DNA of 64,000 bases from Nemertoderma westbladi (Eukaryota; Animalia; Xenacoelomorpha), in contig JAUCBJ010005626.1 in the NCBI GenBank assembly GCA_032718475.1, positions 27,387 to 91,386 of the forward strand, in the 5' to 3' direction. Position 1 is the first letter of the stretch. Each line of letters begins with the position of its first letter. Both the position numbers and the translations under genes were made by a program. The notes under the pieces were generated by a model, which saw nothing but the letters and a program-made list of their open reading frames with translations, did not search any database and was not told the origin of the DNA. Of this stretch, positions 15,111 to 28,600 are shown piece by piece.

Positions 15111-15793
15111 AAGTGATTTAAGTTAAGAAGTCCTAAGAAAAACAACTCTATAATAGCTAATGTAGCAAAGAATGAAGCAAATAAGTTGAGGAAGCCTCTA
15201 TGGTCAGTATATGAAAGTTAATTGAATGTGATTTTATAACATATGAAGATATGAATGTTTACTTGGAGACACTGATGGCCAATTCATTTTTTACTGCATT
15301 TGTTATCAAATTATTCATGTTCAACCTAAGTCCTGTTTAAATTTTTTTTATTTTATAGTTTTTACATTCTATTTATATTAAAACATAAAAACCATTCAAT
15401 TTGTAATGGTGCTGGTAAGTTTTAATTAATCAAGAATATACATACATTATTGATTAAATTTCTGCAATTGAATTGGATTTGAAATCCGTTTTTAGTGTTT
15501 GATTCAGCATAAAAATGTGTATATGAATCATTAAAAAATTTGTAACCAACCATAGGTCAATTTCTTGATCAAACCTCACATATAGAGAAATATAATTATT
15601 ATATACTAATAAGAATTTATTTAAATGCTATATAAATTAAGATGTTAATTGTAGATCTGAAATTTTTTGTTAATCCATACCATGTATATATACCCATCCA
15701 ATTTTCTTTATATGTTGGTTATCTACAACATGTATGTTAGAGGGTAGTAAAAAAATTAAATTTTTAAAAAGGAAACTTATACATTTTTTATAG

Positions 15794-16047
15794 GCAGTGA
15801 ACAGGCACCAACCACAAAATCCAGAGTAATTTTAGAATGGGAAGATGCATCTATGCTACCTCTAGTGGAAGTCGATTCTCAACTTGTTCGTCACTTAAAA
15901 CCACATCAAATAGATGGAGTGGAGTTTATGTGGGATTGCCTTATAGGTAGATCAAGTAATATTCAACCTGTCAGCCAATCTAGATATCAGAATCAAGGAA
16001 CTGGGTGTATACTCGCCCATTGTATGGGATTAGGAAAGACTCTGCAG
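15794..16047 (+). CDS. ATRX: ATRX-like exon 5, SNF2 Q-motif and Walker A
   Basis: PLVEVDSQLVRHLKPHQIDGVEFMWDC...GCILAHCMGLGKTLQ, followed by CAG|GTTAGT donor. Confidence 0.93.
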
Positions 16048-16156
16048 GTTAGTATATTATATAAATTATAGTGCATTTTAAACCTATAACACCTAATAAT
16101 ATTTAAATAGGAAAGAAGTCAAAATGATGCCGTTCGTGGCGTATCCATAATTATAA

Positions 16157-17619
16157 CTTCAGGGATAATGACTGCAGAAAGGGTCTAATGCCACGGTTAA
16201 CAAAAACAGTTTCTATTTATATGGCCATTTCATCCTCATGGACGTCTTCAGTAAATAAATTAAAATAACATTAAAACACAATTTATAAACCTAAACCATA
16301 ATATTAAATTTAACGTACGGTACAACTAATTATTATGCCACCAAATTCCGATATAGACAGTATGATAGGATGTATTAGATTAACATATTTAGATTTATCG
16401 CAATACTGTATGTAGGCCTAGAGATAGAATTGTAGGCTACATGTGTTGTTGTACTGTTAAAAATTAAAAAAAAATAAATAAAAAATTTAAAAAATAAAAA
16501 ACAAAAAGGGGTGCTAAATATATTGTTGGCACGGTAAAAATAGGTAACAGCAAAAATTACTGTAGGCCTACATATTTTAAAAAAAGGGGGGTAACGTTAA
16601 AACCAATAAATGATTAAAAATTGTTGGTTCCAATATTAAGTCGTTGAATTACAAATTTACAAATAAAAGTGAGGCTGGTAAAAGGGTAAAAAAAAAATTT
16701 ATAAAAAAATGTTGGTTCTGAATTAAAAAATCATTAAAATATATAATTTAAAGGAAAGGAAAAGAATACCTAAGCCATGAGTTGCATAAAATTGAGGGGG
16801 AAAAAAAGTCAGCCAGCTGTACTGTACGTACTATAGCCAAACATATTAGTATTCAATAGGAAATACCAAAACAAAAGCTTTTTTTTAAAATTGTAATATG
16901 TAATCTTGTAGGGAATCCTTTTATTTAGTAACAGTAATATGTGTCTTTCTATCCCCCTCAATTTTATGCAACTCATGGCTTAGGTATTCCTTTTCTTTCC
17001 TTTAAATTATATATTTTAATGATTTTTTAATTCAGAACCAACATTTTTTTTATAAATTTTTTTTTACCCTTTCACCAGCCTCACTTTTATTTGTAAATTT
17101 GTAATTCAACGACTTAATATTGGAACCAACAATTTTTAATCATTTATTGGTTTTAACGTTACCCCCCTTTTTTTAAAATACGTAGGCCTACACAGTAATT
17201 TTTGCTGTTACCTATTTTTACCGAGCCAACAATATATTTAGCACCCCTTTTTATTTTTATTTTTTATTTTTTAAATTTTTTATTTATTTTTTTTTAATTT
17301 TTAACAGTTGAACGTCTAATACCTTAACAACACATGTAGCCTACAATTCTATCTCTAGGCCTACATACAGTATTACGATAAATCTAAATATGTTAATCTA
17401 ATACATCCTATCATACTGTCTATATCGGTATTTGGTGGCATAATAATTAGTTGTACCGTACGTTAAATTTAATATTATGGTTTACGTTTATAAATTGTGT
17501 TTTAATGTTATTTTAATTTATTTACTGAACACGTTCGTGAGGATGAAATGGCCATATAAATAGAAACTGTTTTTGTTAACAGTGGCTTTAGACCCTTTCT
17601 GCAGTCATTATCCCTGAAG
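16157..17619. mobile_element. 1.46-kb foldback (arms 16157-16801 and 16952-17619) carrying hammerhead motifs; probable Penelope-derived inverted pLTR
   Basis: The arms are near-perfect reverse complements around a 150-bp spacer, and each has a hammerhead-like motif. Confidence 0.8.
16214..16257 (-). ncRNA. Minimal type-I hammerhead-like motif
   Basis: UAUUUA CUGAAGA C GUCC AUGA GGAU GAAA UGGCCA UA^UAAAUA: 6-bp stem I, stem II, palindromic stem III, AUA triplet. Confidence 0.7.
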
Positions 17620-17660
17620 ACCTAATAATATATTATATGATGAAATTAGGTTATGTGGGA

Positions 17661-17763
17661 GATTCCTCATCTGAAAACCGTTCTAAACTTCACCAAAAAC
17701 TGCCAAAGATAATATCTCTGGCAATTTATGGTGAAATTTAAAACGGTTTTCAGATTCGGAATC
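17661..17763. repeat. Imperfect ~100-bp palindrome (MITE-like)
   Basis: GATTCC..ATCTGAAAACCGTT...TGCCA / TGGCA...AACGGTTTTCAGAT..GGAATC. Confidence 0.7.
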
Positions 17764-19724
17764 TGCAGATGAAGGCGTTTCTCATAATATATTACATTCA
17801 AAAGATTAAAAATTAACCCAACAGAGATGGTTAAATATTGCCAAATAGACGATTTTCAACAACATGGTGTATCGAAATAGCTCAGCAATTGAAAAATCCG
17901 GCTATGCCAGCAGTAAGAAAAGATGCCGAACTATCATCATACCAAAGTAGCATATGATTATGTTTGAAAAAAAATATAATTTACGCAATTGCAGTTATAA
18001 CAATAAAGATGTTTAAGATAATCTTTCATATATTATGGATTTACAAACTTTTATACTTTAACAATATTCAATTATGATTAATACTTAATATGTATTCTAG
18101 CATTACTATTTCTAAAATAATTATAACACTTAATATTTGTGTGGTTGTAAACCTTTACAGCATAATTATTATTTTATTTATTTCAAACCAGAAGGTTCAT
18201 AGACTAGAAAATAGCACAATTTTACATAAGATAAGTAAAAATATAAATATAATTTATATACACATTTGCATTCAGTATTGCTCAAAAAATATCATTTAAA
18301 TTTGTGGTAGTTTTGTACTTATCAAAAATAACAGAATCCGTGTGACAAGCTGATCTCACAGTACAAATTATAATATTATTGGATTTAAGGTTAGAGCACT
18401 TATTAAATCGATGGATTAACATACTAGAAACGCATTTCCTAAAGGAAATAACCACAAAGCTAAGAAAAATTAAACAAAGGTTTATTCTTTAGTCTGTTGC
18501 TTAGACTTATTTAATATAGTCATATATTAGTACTTAGTCATATATTATTGCAAAGTCGATGTCCAAATGACCCAATTTCTATCAAGGTCTGTTTGCAGTG
18601 GTTGTCATGGAAACTATCCGGAAACTGGAAAAAATAGAAAAATGGAATTCGGATGCAAAACAAGTATTATAGTGGGGTAGGGGTTGCTCCCAAGTCGTAA
18701 TACTTTGACCTTATGCTTAAAATTATCATTTTATAAATATGAAAATCTGTTTAGACTGGTTGCCATGGTAACTAGATTTTCTAATTAACATAATTTTGGT
18801 CATGTATGACCTATATAATTTATTTAAAAAAAACCAATATGGTTTTGCTACAAATAGAGTTATTTGCATAGACTTGAAACGTGAATGATATTGACTTTAA
18901 TAAACTTATGTTACCATGGTATCTAAATATTTCTGGAATGTTTTGAGTTTTACAAAAACTCAGCTATGGAAAGTCTTTCTTAGCGAAAGTGGTTGTTTTC
19001 CTTAGCTTCATGGATTAGCTCGACCATAGGAAGCTCTTGTTTGGCCAGCTATGTCAAGGTTGTCACAAAATTCAGAACTGATACCGGTAATAATAATGGC
19101 GTAAGTATTTAAATTTAGAAACTACTTCAATAATTTCCCCATACAAATAAATATGTCCGACTTTAATCAGAAATGTGATACATTAAATAGAATAATGATG
19201 TGTATTTCGGATAATCTTGACATCTGGTACTTTATTAGATTATAATGCATAGCATTTCTTCTTGTTAATAGCAATGGTCCGGTATGTAAAACAAAAACAT
19301 TTCAGCTTTAGGCAGGAACTGCAGAACGGGACACAATAGCTTTAGTGTTATTCATCCAAAGCCCATTATGAATTACATACTCAAACTTAATTAACAGGTG
19401 TCTTATAAAACACAACTCATATATTATATTAATCTATATATATATATATATATAATCTATATTATATTAATTTTATTGACATTTATAATTTTATTCCCAT
19501 GGGAATGCTTTTCAAAAAGCCTGCTATTTCATATTGTAGGAACAATTATCAAGATTAGCTTTATATGATTAAAAGGCATATATAGTATACTGTAGTTTCT
19601 ATGTATGTTATGGGAATCACCCATCTCGTTATATAATTTTATAATATTATATTAATTATGTCGATTTTTGAATAAAATATAATTATTTTCTTTGAAGTTT
19701 AGTTGATAATTATTATTTTAACAG

Positions 19725-19906
19725 GTGATAACATTATTACATACAGTTTTGAGTAATCTGTGTGGCATACGGCTGTGTCTCTGCATCGTTCCTTATAACA
19801 CAGTTATGAACTGGAAACAAGAATTTACCAAATGGCTGCCAAAAGATAGTCCTATTAGGATAACTGATACAATAGGGATTATTGACCATAAACAACGGTT
19901 AGATAG
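19725..19906 (+). CDS. ATRX: ATRX-like exon 6, motif Ia region
   Basis: VITLLHTVL...IVPYNTVMNWKQEFTKW; ttaacag acceptor and AG|GTAAGT donor. Confidence 0.92.
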
Positions 19907-20614
19907 GTAAGTGAAAGTTTTTTTTTATTTTGATATGGAGTTTTTTTACTTTTTTACTCTTTTAAGAAATACGTTTTCCTTGTCTTGTTTTCGTATAATA
20001 TTTTATCCATAAATTGTTACTTTTTTGCTCGATATAGGCCTACCCTAAAATCAGGAGAAAACGTTCCAATTTTATTCCCAGGGAAAAAAAGTAACCCATA
20101 GGATTTAACTCGCTGACGCTCGGTAAATGAAGTGCCTTGAGAATAGTGAAAAAAGTTCTACTTACTTCCCATGTAATAAATAATTATATTTTCGATTTTT
20201 TACCATCATATGCATTTATCAATCAAGCCATTATTGAGAGAAATCACCTTTTGTTCTGGTTTCGTAGATTATTATTATTAGGATACATGCATATTATATG
20301 CTAATATTAAATTGGAACGAACCCAAGAGCTTCGGCTCATAACTTTTTATTCCACGTTTTAGTACTGCACGTGGTCAAATTCTTATTCAGTATATGGGAC
20401 CACACATTTGTAATTCTACTGTATCTCTCAATATATCAACCCAGAAACGGAATTATGATTTAGTTCTTTCGGTTTTTTAGTCTTATAGACGGTATTCTTA
20501 TAGCCAGCTTGCTGGCTTTCTAGTTATAAATCTAATATGTAGGCCTTAACCGTACTCAATGCAGCATGGAATACAGTATTGCTGCTGGAAATACTCAGGG
20601 CCGGATTTAGACCA

Positions 20615-20895
20615 CTAACTACTAACAGTACTACCTACTACAGTACTATCGGCATGATGCATTACAGTTTCATTATATATAATAATTATATATTGAGAAT
20701 GCTCTGCCAGCTTGTCAACAGAATTCCGCCGCCACAACTCCTCATCTAGTCAAAATATTTACTAGATCATCCGCATATTCAAGGCCAGTGTCCTTTAAGA
20801 TGCGTCTCAAGAAAGTCATGGGCTGCCCATGTCCACTCCATGAGGCCGCCAAAGCACAAGATTTATGCACTAGCTGGTCCTCATGGCGAAATCTC
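20615..20895 (-). mobile_element. 5'-truncated copy of the RTE LINE 3' end
   Basis: Matches 50880-51123 (GCCAGTGTCCTTTAAGATGCGTCTCAAGAAAGTCATGG). Flanked by TAGACCA at 20608-20614 and 20896-20902. Confidence 0.85.
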
Positions 20896-22066
20896 TAGAC
20901 CAACTTGGCCCATGAGGCACAAGAAAACTTTGGACTCCATTACCAAAGAGCAACACAAATGGAAATTTGAAAAATTTTGTCACCGTCTAGCAGCGATAAG
21001 TCACTTAATATTTATCTAAATATTTTGAAACAAACTTTTTTGGACTCAGCACAGTCAAATCTACTAAACTCTCCAGCAGATTTATTGAATATCAATTTTG
21101 AATTAAATTAATTAATTTTAATTTATTAAGGGGGGGGGGGGGGGGGGGGGGGGTCACCGAGAAGGGTAAAATTTTGACGTTTTTTCTTTTTAATTTTATC
21201 TAATACAGAAATTTACGGTGATATTAATGGTAAAATCTGCATTTTGTTTTTTGGTGCAATTAATAGACCCTCAAACAAAGACATAAAACAATTCAAAATT
21301 TTTTTAGGTTCCAGGTGTGTCTCGATAACCATAGAACCAGCGTAATGGGTACATATGTTAATAGTAAAATGTTTGGGGATACTGTAGCCTGGGGTACCAT
21401 CTCGATCAAAATATAACACTTAGCCATATATTAATGTTTGTTCATTCACCACAATCGAATCCTTGAAACATTAAATCTGATTCATCTCCATCAGCTTCAT
21501 TTTGTACAACTCATATAACTAGCTGGATGTGCTTGCGCATCGCGAAAGAAGCTCTCTAGCTTCAGACGACTGTTAAACTGTCCACGTCTTCGTTCAAGTT
21601 ACACTCAAAATAATGTATATACAGTACATCAATAATGTATGTAATGTATATCACATATGACCTGTAAGAGTTAATGAACAGACATAATTATTGACCTTTC
21701 AATAAGTTTACTATATTATTAGAAGTTCGTTAGGACTTCTTACTGTAAAAGTAATCACTATGTATCTATCTATATCGGGTGAACTCCTCCGAAGCTAAAG
21801 ACGCAGCTCAACCCCAGGATGTGGAAAAAAAGTTTCGAAAAAAATTATTAAAGTGTCTTCTTTTATTTCGTAAAATACCCCCATACCACGAAAATTGCCA
21901 TAGACGGAATGATAGAAACACCAGCTGCTGGTGCTCATGAGGGCCTATCAATAGAACTACTATTGATTGAATGGATAGGCCCAAACTGCACAGAAGTATA
22001 TTACTTGCCAAGTTTATCACTCTCTCACTCTATCCCAGACACGTTATCAAATATCAACTGGTTTGT

Positions 22067-25000
22067 AATGTGGGGCGAGCCACGAAGTGAGTGAGCCTTA
22101 GCGTAGTGGTACCATTAATCAACCTGTCGTTCTGTCGCGTTCAATTTTAAACGTTAATAACTCGGCCAATCTTTGATGAAATCTATCCAAACTTGGTACA
22201 CATGTTGTTTGGCAAAAGTTTAGAAATTTTCCAAGTAGAATTTCCGTGTGGCCTTCGAGAAGCTAAGATAATAGCAGTTCATTAGTTAATTAAGTTGATT
22301 ACTGTAAAAACACCATTTTCAACCTGCCTTTTAAAGGAAATTAATTGTTTTACAGTATAAGATTTAAATAATTATACTTAAAAATTATACAGATGTAATC
22401 CACATACGCCATTCTATTATAGTTTTTAATTAGTTCAAGTGATTTGCTTTAATAATTGTGTCTTTAATTGATCTAAAGTAATTAAAACGGCGTAAAAAAT
22501 TGATTCTCATTAAATACTGCTCATTTATTGGCCAACATGCTGGTACATAGATGGAAGGATGTGTCTTAAGCCAGCCAGTTGCTGGGAATGATTATTGGTC
22601 AAGTCTCTGCTGGTGTGGAGCTAGCTGGGAGTTGTGGCTGTAGACTAACCAGAGAGGAATTGTAATAGGCAACCAGTATTGCTATTCCAGCCCAGACAGC
22701 ATTCTTTAAATCCAACATCCCAACACGTTCGTGGGGCCTTCGCGCAGCACGAGGCCCAGTTATGATATACAAATTAAAACTGAGCGACTGTATCACAAAA
22801 TCAGTATTTGAGAAATTTACCCACACCACCAATCAATTAAAGAAAGGGGTACAGTACGTGTTCAGCCCTTTTAATCTGCACCCCCCCACCCCCACCCTTC
22901 CCACCCGCCAATACATAACCGCGACATCTACCACCCATTGAAGGGTATTATAAGCCTCGTTGTGCTCGTCCTGTTTTGTATTTAAATATAATTCCTAAAC
23001 GCAGATAGAAATGATTATATATACAATATATTACTTAAATTGAATAATATAGATAGCGAAAAAAAGAAATTAATTATACGATTAAAATAAATTATTGCAT
23101 AAGAAGGGTTGTTGCGCGACAAAATTGTTGAGCAATTTAAAGCAATATAACAACTGAATAAGGGGTAACAAGGTGCCCTGAATCGAGTAACGGGATGTGT
23201 TTTTTGTGTAAACACGAGGAAACGGTCGAAATTGGGGGTTTAAGTAAGCATGGGAAGCCAATTTTGAAAACTGGCTGTAATTGGCTGCTACATGTTTGAC
23301 GTCACTACAAAGTGCTCTGATAATATATTATCTTGGTTTGTATGGACAGTGATTTTCAAACCATTCAAATAAATATTAAATCTCAATCATTTCACATGTG
23401 GCTTATTATTATATCTATTAAAAGTGGAGAATCTAGCGCGTCTTATGACCTACATTGACTAAATTAATGACGAGGAACGTTGATAAAATGCTGTTTCCAA
23501 CAGTATTTCCAGCAGCAATACAGCATTTTATCAATCTTCATCATCGATCATCATCATACATTTAATTAATTAATTGTTAATTAATCTTCACTTTCAATTG
23601 ATACAAGCTACGTGTCAAATGATTGATATTAAATGTGTATAAATGAATCTAAGAAAAGATCTAAAATCACCCTCCATTGAAAGCAATATAAGAAATTATC
23701 AGCGCACTGCGTAGTGAGGTCAAATCTGTAGTTCTAATTACAGCCGATTTTCAAAATTGTATTTCCGGGCTTACTTAAACCCGCCATTTAGACTGTTACC
23801 TTGTGTTTTTATGTACAATACTCTCGTAACGCATCAAAAGTAATCACTAACTTAATAACAATATACTTGAGTATTCCCCATTAATGATAGCAATTATTGT
23901 TACGTAACGTACAGTTGTTACAATAACTGCAATTCATTGGATAATAATTATATGAATTTCATTAATATTCCTAAAAAATAAAATATTAAAGCTAATAGTT
24001 AAGCATTAAAAAGCGCATTTTAGGTTATGATACATGTCCACACAATCATGACCGTGTGGCTGCGGGTAATGCAGCTGGGGACCATGTGGCAGCGGAAAAC
24101 GACGCCGGGGGCCATGATAACACTGGTGACGCAGCTGGGGTCTGTATAGGCGCTGGCAGTTTCGTAGTCAATAAATTGTCAATCAACTCCAACTTCGATT
24201 TAAAACTCTGTTTGAGTAATTTCTACGTTGTTTAGCCGTGTTTCAAGAACAGTCCGCATGGCATTCATGGCGACGGTTTGTGCTTCGCTTTCATTTTTTT
24301 TATATTTATTTATTGCCATACTTAAATACAATATTGTATATAAGGCAGTTTAGAGGCAAGCCTCTTTAACTGATAATAACTGACCTCTTAAGGAGGTCAG
24401 CTGGCACTCTATCCTAATAAGTAAGTACTAAATATAAATATAAAATGCATGCAGTAAATAATAAACCTATGAACGAAATGGTTACACAATATTTCCATGC
24501 AGAAGAGCAATATATTTATCTAGTAAATTAATTGTACGGTACTGTACTTATATTACAGGAAACTACAGTACCGCTTTCAAATAACGTCGTATTGGTTCCT
24601 AATAGGATCCTAACAGGATCCAAGTCACTGATTCATCAACCAGATGGTGGAGTAGCGAAGCTAACTGTCTTTCAAGTTTGCTGTTTTCAAATTGTAGACG
24701 AGTATTGTCAGCTTCCAGACTTTCAATCTTTACTGCCGCGCACACCCCGCAGAGGAAGTTTTGGTTTGAGAGATCAAAGCCATCGGCAATTGGTGTTTCA
24801 ATTTCGGTCCAGGAACTCTGACAATGGGAGCATTCAATCTTAGCTGTGGTCCATTCCCGTGGTTTTGGCTTCCTTTTCTTCGTCCCAAATGACAGATTCT
24901 TCTGAAGACGTTCGATTCGCTTTCAGTTTATTGTTGGCGTTTGTGTTTTGAAGTTGTATTCGAGTGGACAGTCGCGCCGGTTTCGAGGTAACCATACCGA

Positions 25001-27668
25001 CCTGTGATAAGCGTTGGTTTTGTTGAGTGCCGGTATTCATCTTCTCTCACCTCTTCAATGTCAGATGTTGCAAATACGAATAACGGTATATATTTCAATA
25101 CTTGTCAATAGTAATATAGATAATTTAGATAATTTAGATAACTATTTTATATCTGTACTGTTGAGCAAACTCTACATAAATTCCAACCTGTGTATCGCCG
25201 GTAGGGCTGTTGCTGTGCAAGTGCTAGTTGCCACCGGTCAGCCGGTACCGGTAGTAGGGTGGTACCATGGCCTACTACACACAGGCCATGACAAGGACTT
25301 TGCTGTGAAATTAGCGTAGGATTTTCCATGAATGTAGGGTCCATATTTAAAAGAAGATGACTAGATTTTCGTAAAGAATTTAATTGAAACAGTATTTAAT
25401 AATAAATAAATTAATTATCGCTCGAGTTCCTGCAGCTTTTATTCGTGGCAGGAATGTTTGAACGCTAATAAGTCGGTCAATCATGGATGAAATGGAACCA
25501 AACTTGGTACACTTGTAGTCTTTAAAAAAATTTAGAAATTCTACACACAGACAGACTTCTACAGTTCCCCGGTCTGCCGCTAGGGGGCGAATTAACAGAA
25601 ACGTAAAAATAGCTGTAATTATAGAACCAACGATCAGATTCATCTGAAATTTAGTAGTAGTTACCTAAGAGCATTGCTTAATTAGAAATTCTACATAGAC
25701 TTTTACAGTTCCTGTCTGCCGCTAGTGGGGAATTGTTAGAGCTCCAGTTCAACGTGCTTAGCACGGTTTAATAAACAATCAATTAATTATTTTATTCAAT
25801 ACAGTAATTATAACAGTAAAATGCAATGTATTCTATTTTTTAGTGAAATCAAGAGATAGGAGGGGGGTGGGACTGGACGCAAATCCCATCTTGGCGAATT
25901 AATATCCCGCCTCAATATTAATTTCTAAATTTTGGGAAAGGAGCAGGTTACAGTGGCACGTTATTTTAACCAAAACAATAAAGTAAACACAATAGAACAG
26001 GTTACAGTTTTATTTTTGAGAGTAATCAGCTGTTGTTATTTGCGTCCAATTTCCCCTGGAGAGGGATGAATTTTTATTGCGTCCAGTCCCCCCCCCCCCC
26101 CCCCCCCCCTATCTTGAAATCAAATACCAAAAATATATTTATTATATGAACAATCTATTTGGAAATTGTAAGTTCGGCCTATCTCTTTACCATAAGCTCA
26201 GTATCTTTATCTGGTGTGTTTTTATTATTTTACCAATTATTTAATATGTTTGATAGAATTTAACAACACCGCCCAACACAACCAACTCTCTATCCGCCTC
26301 GAGCATCGAGAATACGAGAAACTCGATCGAAATACCTGCTTATCCCAGTAGTATCCGTCCATAGTCACCGGACCGCTGCGGTTTACTCCCGTAGAACAGT
26401 AGAATTCCCGCAGCTTCCGACCCAATTCGACAACGAATTCGCTTCACACTTTCGCGACACAGAGAACGTAATCCAGTGCGATAACGTCTGCCCAACGGTC
26501 AACCATTTCCCCCAGGCGATCCCAGGATCCGCACCGCCGCTAAACCCAGATCGCAATCCTCGTCGATTCGTCCAGTCGTCGACGTAAGTCAGTAAGTGGG
26601 ACTCTTCCCACCGCACTCCAAGGTGGGTGACCGGAGTGAGGCATGATGAACTTGGCAGTGGCCCGCATTACGATCTGACCGACCGCCGTATTCCCAGTGT
26701 CTGAGTGTAGTAAATACCCAAATAGAATCGTACTGACAAACAAGCAATTCCGTAGTATTCCCCCGTTAATCACCTCTTGAAGCAACTCGGCTGCTCGGGT
26801 CCAGATACATCGGACTGTCGGGAGCGTTTCAGACAGTAATGGAGCGGCATTTGCGAATATTTCCAATTTTATAATAAATAAGGGGATTCAACAGTTCAAT
26901 GCTAAAACAAATGGATTATTCCTAACCCCACCCCAATACAGCAATATACCTAACAGTATATAGCTTAGGTACCACAGTCTGACAGTACCATAATCAGCAC
27001 AGTCAGCCTACGCATGGGTGGTACCTACGGTGCACACTACAACGGCAGTACAGCAATACGGTGTACCGTGCCAATGACTGAATGATTAGCGGTAACTACT
27101 GAACTATCTAAACTATTATATTATTATTACCGGTACTAGGCTAATTAGGCCTAAACTATAATCACCGCAAGGGTTTCCGGGGCCATGTTTAATTAGATTA
27201 CATGATATGGCATGTCTGCAGTGTATGGTACCGGCTGACCTGTATTGCAGTATTGACTGATTGCAGAATTCTCGATTCAGGAATTGAGTACAGCCTGACA
27301 GTACCGGTACAAATGGTACATGCAGATTGGCAGACAGCCCCTATGTTTTGCAAAATTTGTCAGAAAACCAGCTGATTTATCCTACAGTAATAATAATTTA
27401 ACGCATGTTAATTTTGGATAAATAAATATATTATAACTACAATAACAGTTACACTGATGCTGCACAAAGGCCCCACGCAAATTCTACTTGGAAAATTTTC
27501 AAACTTTTGCCAAACAACATGTGTACCAAGTTTGGATAGATTTCATCAAGGATTGGCCGAGTTATTAACGTTTAAAATAAAATACTGAAAAAAAACGCGA
27601 CAGAACGACAGGTTGATTAATGGTACCCCTACGCTAAGGCTCACTCACTTCGTGGCTCGCCCCACATT
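22067..27668. repeat. Inverted pair of ~190-bp dispersed repeats (22067-22255 and 27468-27668)
   Basis: AATGTGGGGCGAGCCACGAAGTGAGTGAGCC... and its reverse complement. The GTGGCTCGCCCCAC end motif recurs at about 29461, 38607 and 39219. Confidence 0.8.
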
Positions 27669-28600
27669 GACTCTACTATAAGTGTTGTATTGCTATCTCA
27701 GGTAAATGACAGATATAATAACATAAATACCATCCATGGCATGGCTGTTGTAGGCTTCTGAAATAGTTTATTCCACAATGTATGTCTGGTTATTTTTTAA
27801 TTGAATTTTTGCAAAGTAGTAAAATTAATGTTCTTAAAAAATAATATTATTATTTTATATGTAACCTAGGAAATTAGCTACATTTTTTCGCTGCAGCTTT
27901 AAGAGTGTACATTGATTTAATATTATTTCAATACCCATATTACTACATCGGCATAAGATGCGTTGGCGTTGTATCACACATCTCCACATATCACACATCT
28001 CCACATGGATGTATCAACAGTTACTCGCACAGTTTCGAAACTTCGCATAGTTATAACTGTATAAAGATCGTCAGTCTGCGTTTAGGAAAAATATTTTATG
28101 ACAAAACAGGACAAGCGACGAGCGCAACGAGGCATATAATGAAGACGAGTACTGCGTTGACTAAATTATTATATAAACCACCTGGCTTCACATATTGATC
28201 GCATCCCTAGTTATTATTATTATAAAGATCGTCCTAGCCTGCGTTTAAGAAATATATTTAAATACAAAACAGGACGAACGCAAAGAGGCTTATAATGAAA
28301 ACGAGTACTGCGTTTATTATATTCCTATAAACCACCTGGCTTTGCATATTTAACGTGCGATTGGAAATAAGTTCGTGCTACCCTTCCGTGGGTGGTAGAT
28401 GTCGCGGTTATGTATTGGTGGTTGGGAAGGGTGGGGGGGGGGGGGAGATTAAAAGGGGTAAACACGTACTGTCCCCCTTTCTTTGATTGATTGGTGGTGT
28501 GGGTAAATTTCTCAAAACCTGATTTTGTGATACAGTCGCTCAATTTTAATTTGTATCTAATAACTGGGCCTCGTGCTGCGCGAAGGCCCCACGAACGTGT
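22723..28600. repeat. Second inverted pair of dispersed repeats (~22723-23000 and ~28240-28600)
   Basis: CACGTTCGTGGGGCCTTCGCGCAGCACGAGGCCCAGTTAT... is present in both orientations. Confidence 0.8.
23236..23781. mobile_element. Palindromic MITE (~545 bp); related half copy at 29811-30086
   Basis: Long imperfect TIRs GGGTTTAAGTAAGC...GCTTACTTAAACCC with internal GACGTCACTAC. Confidence 0.7.

Noticed and set aside
24000-26870. GC-richer short ORFs inside the nested repeat block
   Set aside because: No recognisable domain or consistent splice structure. Probably decayed TE sequence.
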